Assembly (NCBI GenBank): GCA_032718475.1
Contig: JAUCBJ010007224.1
Span: 1 to 64,000, forward strand
Direction: 5' to 3'
DNA length: 64,000 bases
DNA from: Nemertoderma westbladi
Taxonomy: Eukaryota > Animalia > Xenacoelomorpha
A model generated the notes under the pieces. That model searched no databases and was not told where the DNA came from. It was given only the letters and a program-made list of their open reading frames with translations. Made by a program: the position numbers and the translations under genes. Within the stretch, counting starts at the first letter, position 1; each line of letters begins with the position of its first letter. Below are positions 61,401 to 64,000 of this stretch, one piece after another.

Positions 61401-62593
61401 CAAAACTCCAGCGAATTAAAGCTCAGCTGCAATCGAAATATCAATTTGAATTAGTGTGGCAAAAAGGTAAAGACAATAAAATTGCAGACTGTCTCAGCCG
61501 AGCTCCAGTGGATGACCCCGATACCACTGATGAATTATTAATGGAAGATGACGATGTCACAAGAACCATAGCAGCTATACGGATAGCATTAACTAATACT
61601 CGGGACTTAGATCCTGAAAACGTTCTAGAACCACCTACAACAGACCCCGTTATCGAGGAAATCCGGAAGGTAGCCTTAAACGATAAGGCCTATCAGCAAT
61701 TAGTTACTGAAATCCTAAGCGGATTCACAACTGAAAACCACACCTCCGGATTCGTCCAGCAATTTAAATCCATACATAACGAACTCTCCGTAGATAACGG
61801 CCTGGTATTATATGGTCCACGCCTGGTTATACCTAGTGCGAAACGAGCCGAAATTCTAGAACGCCTACACGCCGCCCACCAGGGTATGACGCGGACGAAA
61901 CAAAGAGCGCGGTCCGCAGTCTACTGGCCGGGAATAAACAACGACATAATCCAAATGGTTCAGCAATGTCATCAGTGCCAAGAACGACTACCGAGCCTGC
62001 CGAAGGAGACGTTGGTTGCCGACCCACAGCCAACCAGACCCTTCGAACACGCATCGACAGACCTATTCTCTCTCGCCGGCCGACACTACATTGTTTACAC
62101 AGATTTATTATCTGGCTATCCACTCGTTGGTCAATGGCGTAATGACCCAACATCACAACAAGTCGTCAGCGTGTTACGGAAATGTTTCGTCGACTTAGGC
62201 GTTCCAACCAAACTTCGAAGCGATGGAGGACCTCAATTCGCCGCATCCAACTTTAGGAAATTCCTGCAACGTTGGGGGGTCAAATGGGCGCCTAGTACGC
62301 CGCATTTTCCGTCCAGTAACGGGCACGCGGAATGCCACGTAAAACTCATTAAAGGTCTATTGGCAAAAACGACAACCTCAGACATAAATTCTGAGGAATT
62401 CCTCGAAGGTTTACTCGAGGTACGGAACACACCACACGTGGATGGTCGTTCACCAAGCCAGATCGTTTTTGGGCGCAACCTGCGATCGCGTGTACCAGCC
62501 CATCACACTTCATTTGACCCGAAGTGGCAGCAGTCAGCCGAGACAGCTGACGCACGACACGAAACTATTCGCGAGAAAGCCGTCAAACACTAC
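58406..62593 (+). mobile_element. Ty3/Gypsy (Mag-like) gag-pol, defective
   Basis: Two CCHC knuckles (CWKCGG..H..C, CKKCERIGHFTHLC); protease ADTGAD; RT IVDD; RNase H VDAS, IELEA, TDHRPL; integrase HAAH..CHQC, SDGGPQF, SNGHAE. Frameshift near 61013; RT motif A reads FTKIYAKSGYWQ (Asp replaced by Tyr); integrase C-terminus cut at 62593. Confidence 0.93.
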
Positions 62594-64000
62594 TGTAAGG
62601 GTCCAGTAGTATACCGCTTACCAGATCCTAGTAACGATGTATCTTACTATGAGACTCTAGTAATGTATACGGGCTTGTACAGTATCTGACAACAAATCCC
62701 AGTCCAGGATATCTAAACAAACAGATATAGTACACAAACGACTACTGGCGAGGAACAGAGCCTTGTATCTATTCTATGTACGTGAGCGGGTCTAATGCCT
62801 ACGTACTAGACAGAAGGATACCTGTCCTCTAACCGGTGAGGCAGATGTACAGTTACCGTAACAGACCAAACTCACGGGAAAACAATCCCCGCGCAGCGAA
62901 TCCTAACTATCACTGACAGTCCTAAATACAGTAACTTGCCGCGGTGTGATTTATATGGTTTATATACGAACTAGGTGGTTAACAGACCTAGTGTAACAAT
63001 GCTGATCATCCCTGTCGAAATCAGCCTAAAGGTCGTGCCTAAATGTAACAATAACTGATCCCCCTGTACGAAATCAGTCTAAAGGGTCAGGCCTAAATGT
63101 AACAATACCGTTGTCCAGACAAACAACAGTTTAATAACGAAAGTGAAATACTCCTTATCTTGCCGCAATCAAATCAGATCCTAATTGTACGAATACAAAT
63201 AATTTCCTCCTAACGTAATGTATAGTACGCTATAGCTAGTAGAACTTTAAGGGCGATATGTTTTAGGGCGTGTGTGTGTGGGTGTGTTACAAATAAAACA
63301 ATTTCGGGTAATTCCTTTTACTAGGTTTTAGTGATTTTCTGACTAAAATGATACCGTGCGCTAGCTACTAAAATAAACTAGTCGCGTTTGTAGAACTTTA
63401 TACTCACGAATGACGTCAAAGCTCTCTCCTTCCTATCCACAACCCAATGGGCAACCACAGTGTTAGTAACTACACCCGTGATCGGCACTAATACCAGATT
63501 CTGGTTGTAAGATAAGAATAGGGGTTAATCGCTACCGTACGTTAGCTGATCTGGTATACTAATTTAATTCTAGAATTTTGTTGCTGCGGTAGTTAGCAGC
63601 AATACCTATCAGTACGTGGCAAGGCGCGGTAGGATATTAATAAACCTCCCTAGGCCAAGCAGTGTGCCGGTAGCAGAAATACTCCTTGCCTGATCAAATA
63701 GCTAACTCCAGACAAGGGGGGGGGGGGGGGGGTACTAATGTACGTTCTTCAAAGCGAACCGGTACCAAACAGTCAGTGCTATGAATCACTAAATTATGGA
63801 ACGTATGCTGTCCGTACCTAATATGTACTCGCGTACTGACGAATGGCAATAGTTCGCACCTGTAGGAAGTACAGGTTAACCCAGGGATTCGTAGGACTGA
63901 CAAGAGGGGGGGGGGGTTGTCTGGATATAATTATTTGATCCTAAATTTGCGGCGTCCAGTGCGGTGTCACGCTTACCCTGATCTATAGGTCTTACGGCGG
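62594..64000. mobile_element. probable LTR of a second element nested in the Gypsy integrase
   Basis: Integrase homology stops at AVKHY, exactly where TGTAAGGG begins. Non-coding thereafter, with an internal ~54-bp tandem repeat at ~62990-63106. The other end is not identified. Confidence 0.5.

Overview
Eukaryotic, most likely invertebrate metazoan, repeat-rich DNA with no recognisable host housekeeping gene. 1-13.6 kb is a patchwork of mostly degraded elements: an rve-type DDE integrase/transposase split by a 340-bp intron-like insertion, a 59-bp minisatellite, CR1/L2-type LINE remnants, a Sola2-like fragment and a BEL fragment. 13638-33677 is a complete, very young and unusually large (20,040 bp) BEL/Pao LTR retrotransposon with 2209-bp near-identical LTRs and an ACAGT TSD. 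Besides gag-pol it carries an upstream 275-aa ORF and an intact downstream 1235-aa ORF with a WRN/EXD/RNase D-type 3'-5' exonuclease domain and three CCHC zinc knuckles. It lacks a canonical tRNA PBS but has a candidate self-priming complement inside the LTR, and its sense strand is strongly enriched in U1-type GGTAAG motifs. A spliced Kolobok-type transposase follows and is cut off by a ~22-kb G-rich 30/34-bp satellite (35685-58030). A Mag-like Gypsy element abuts the satellite and is itself interrupted by another LTR-like sequence. All calls were made by eye; no database searches were run.
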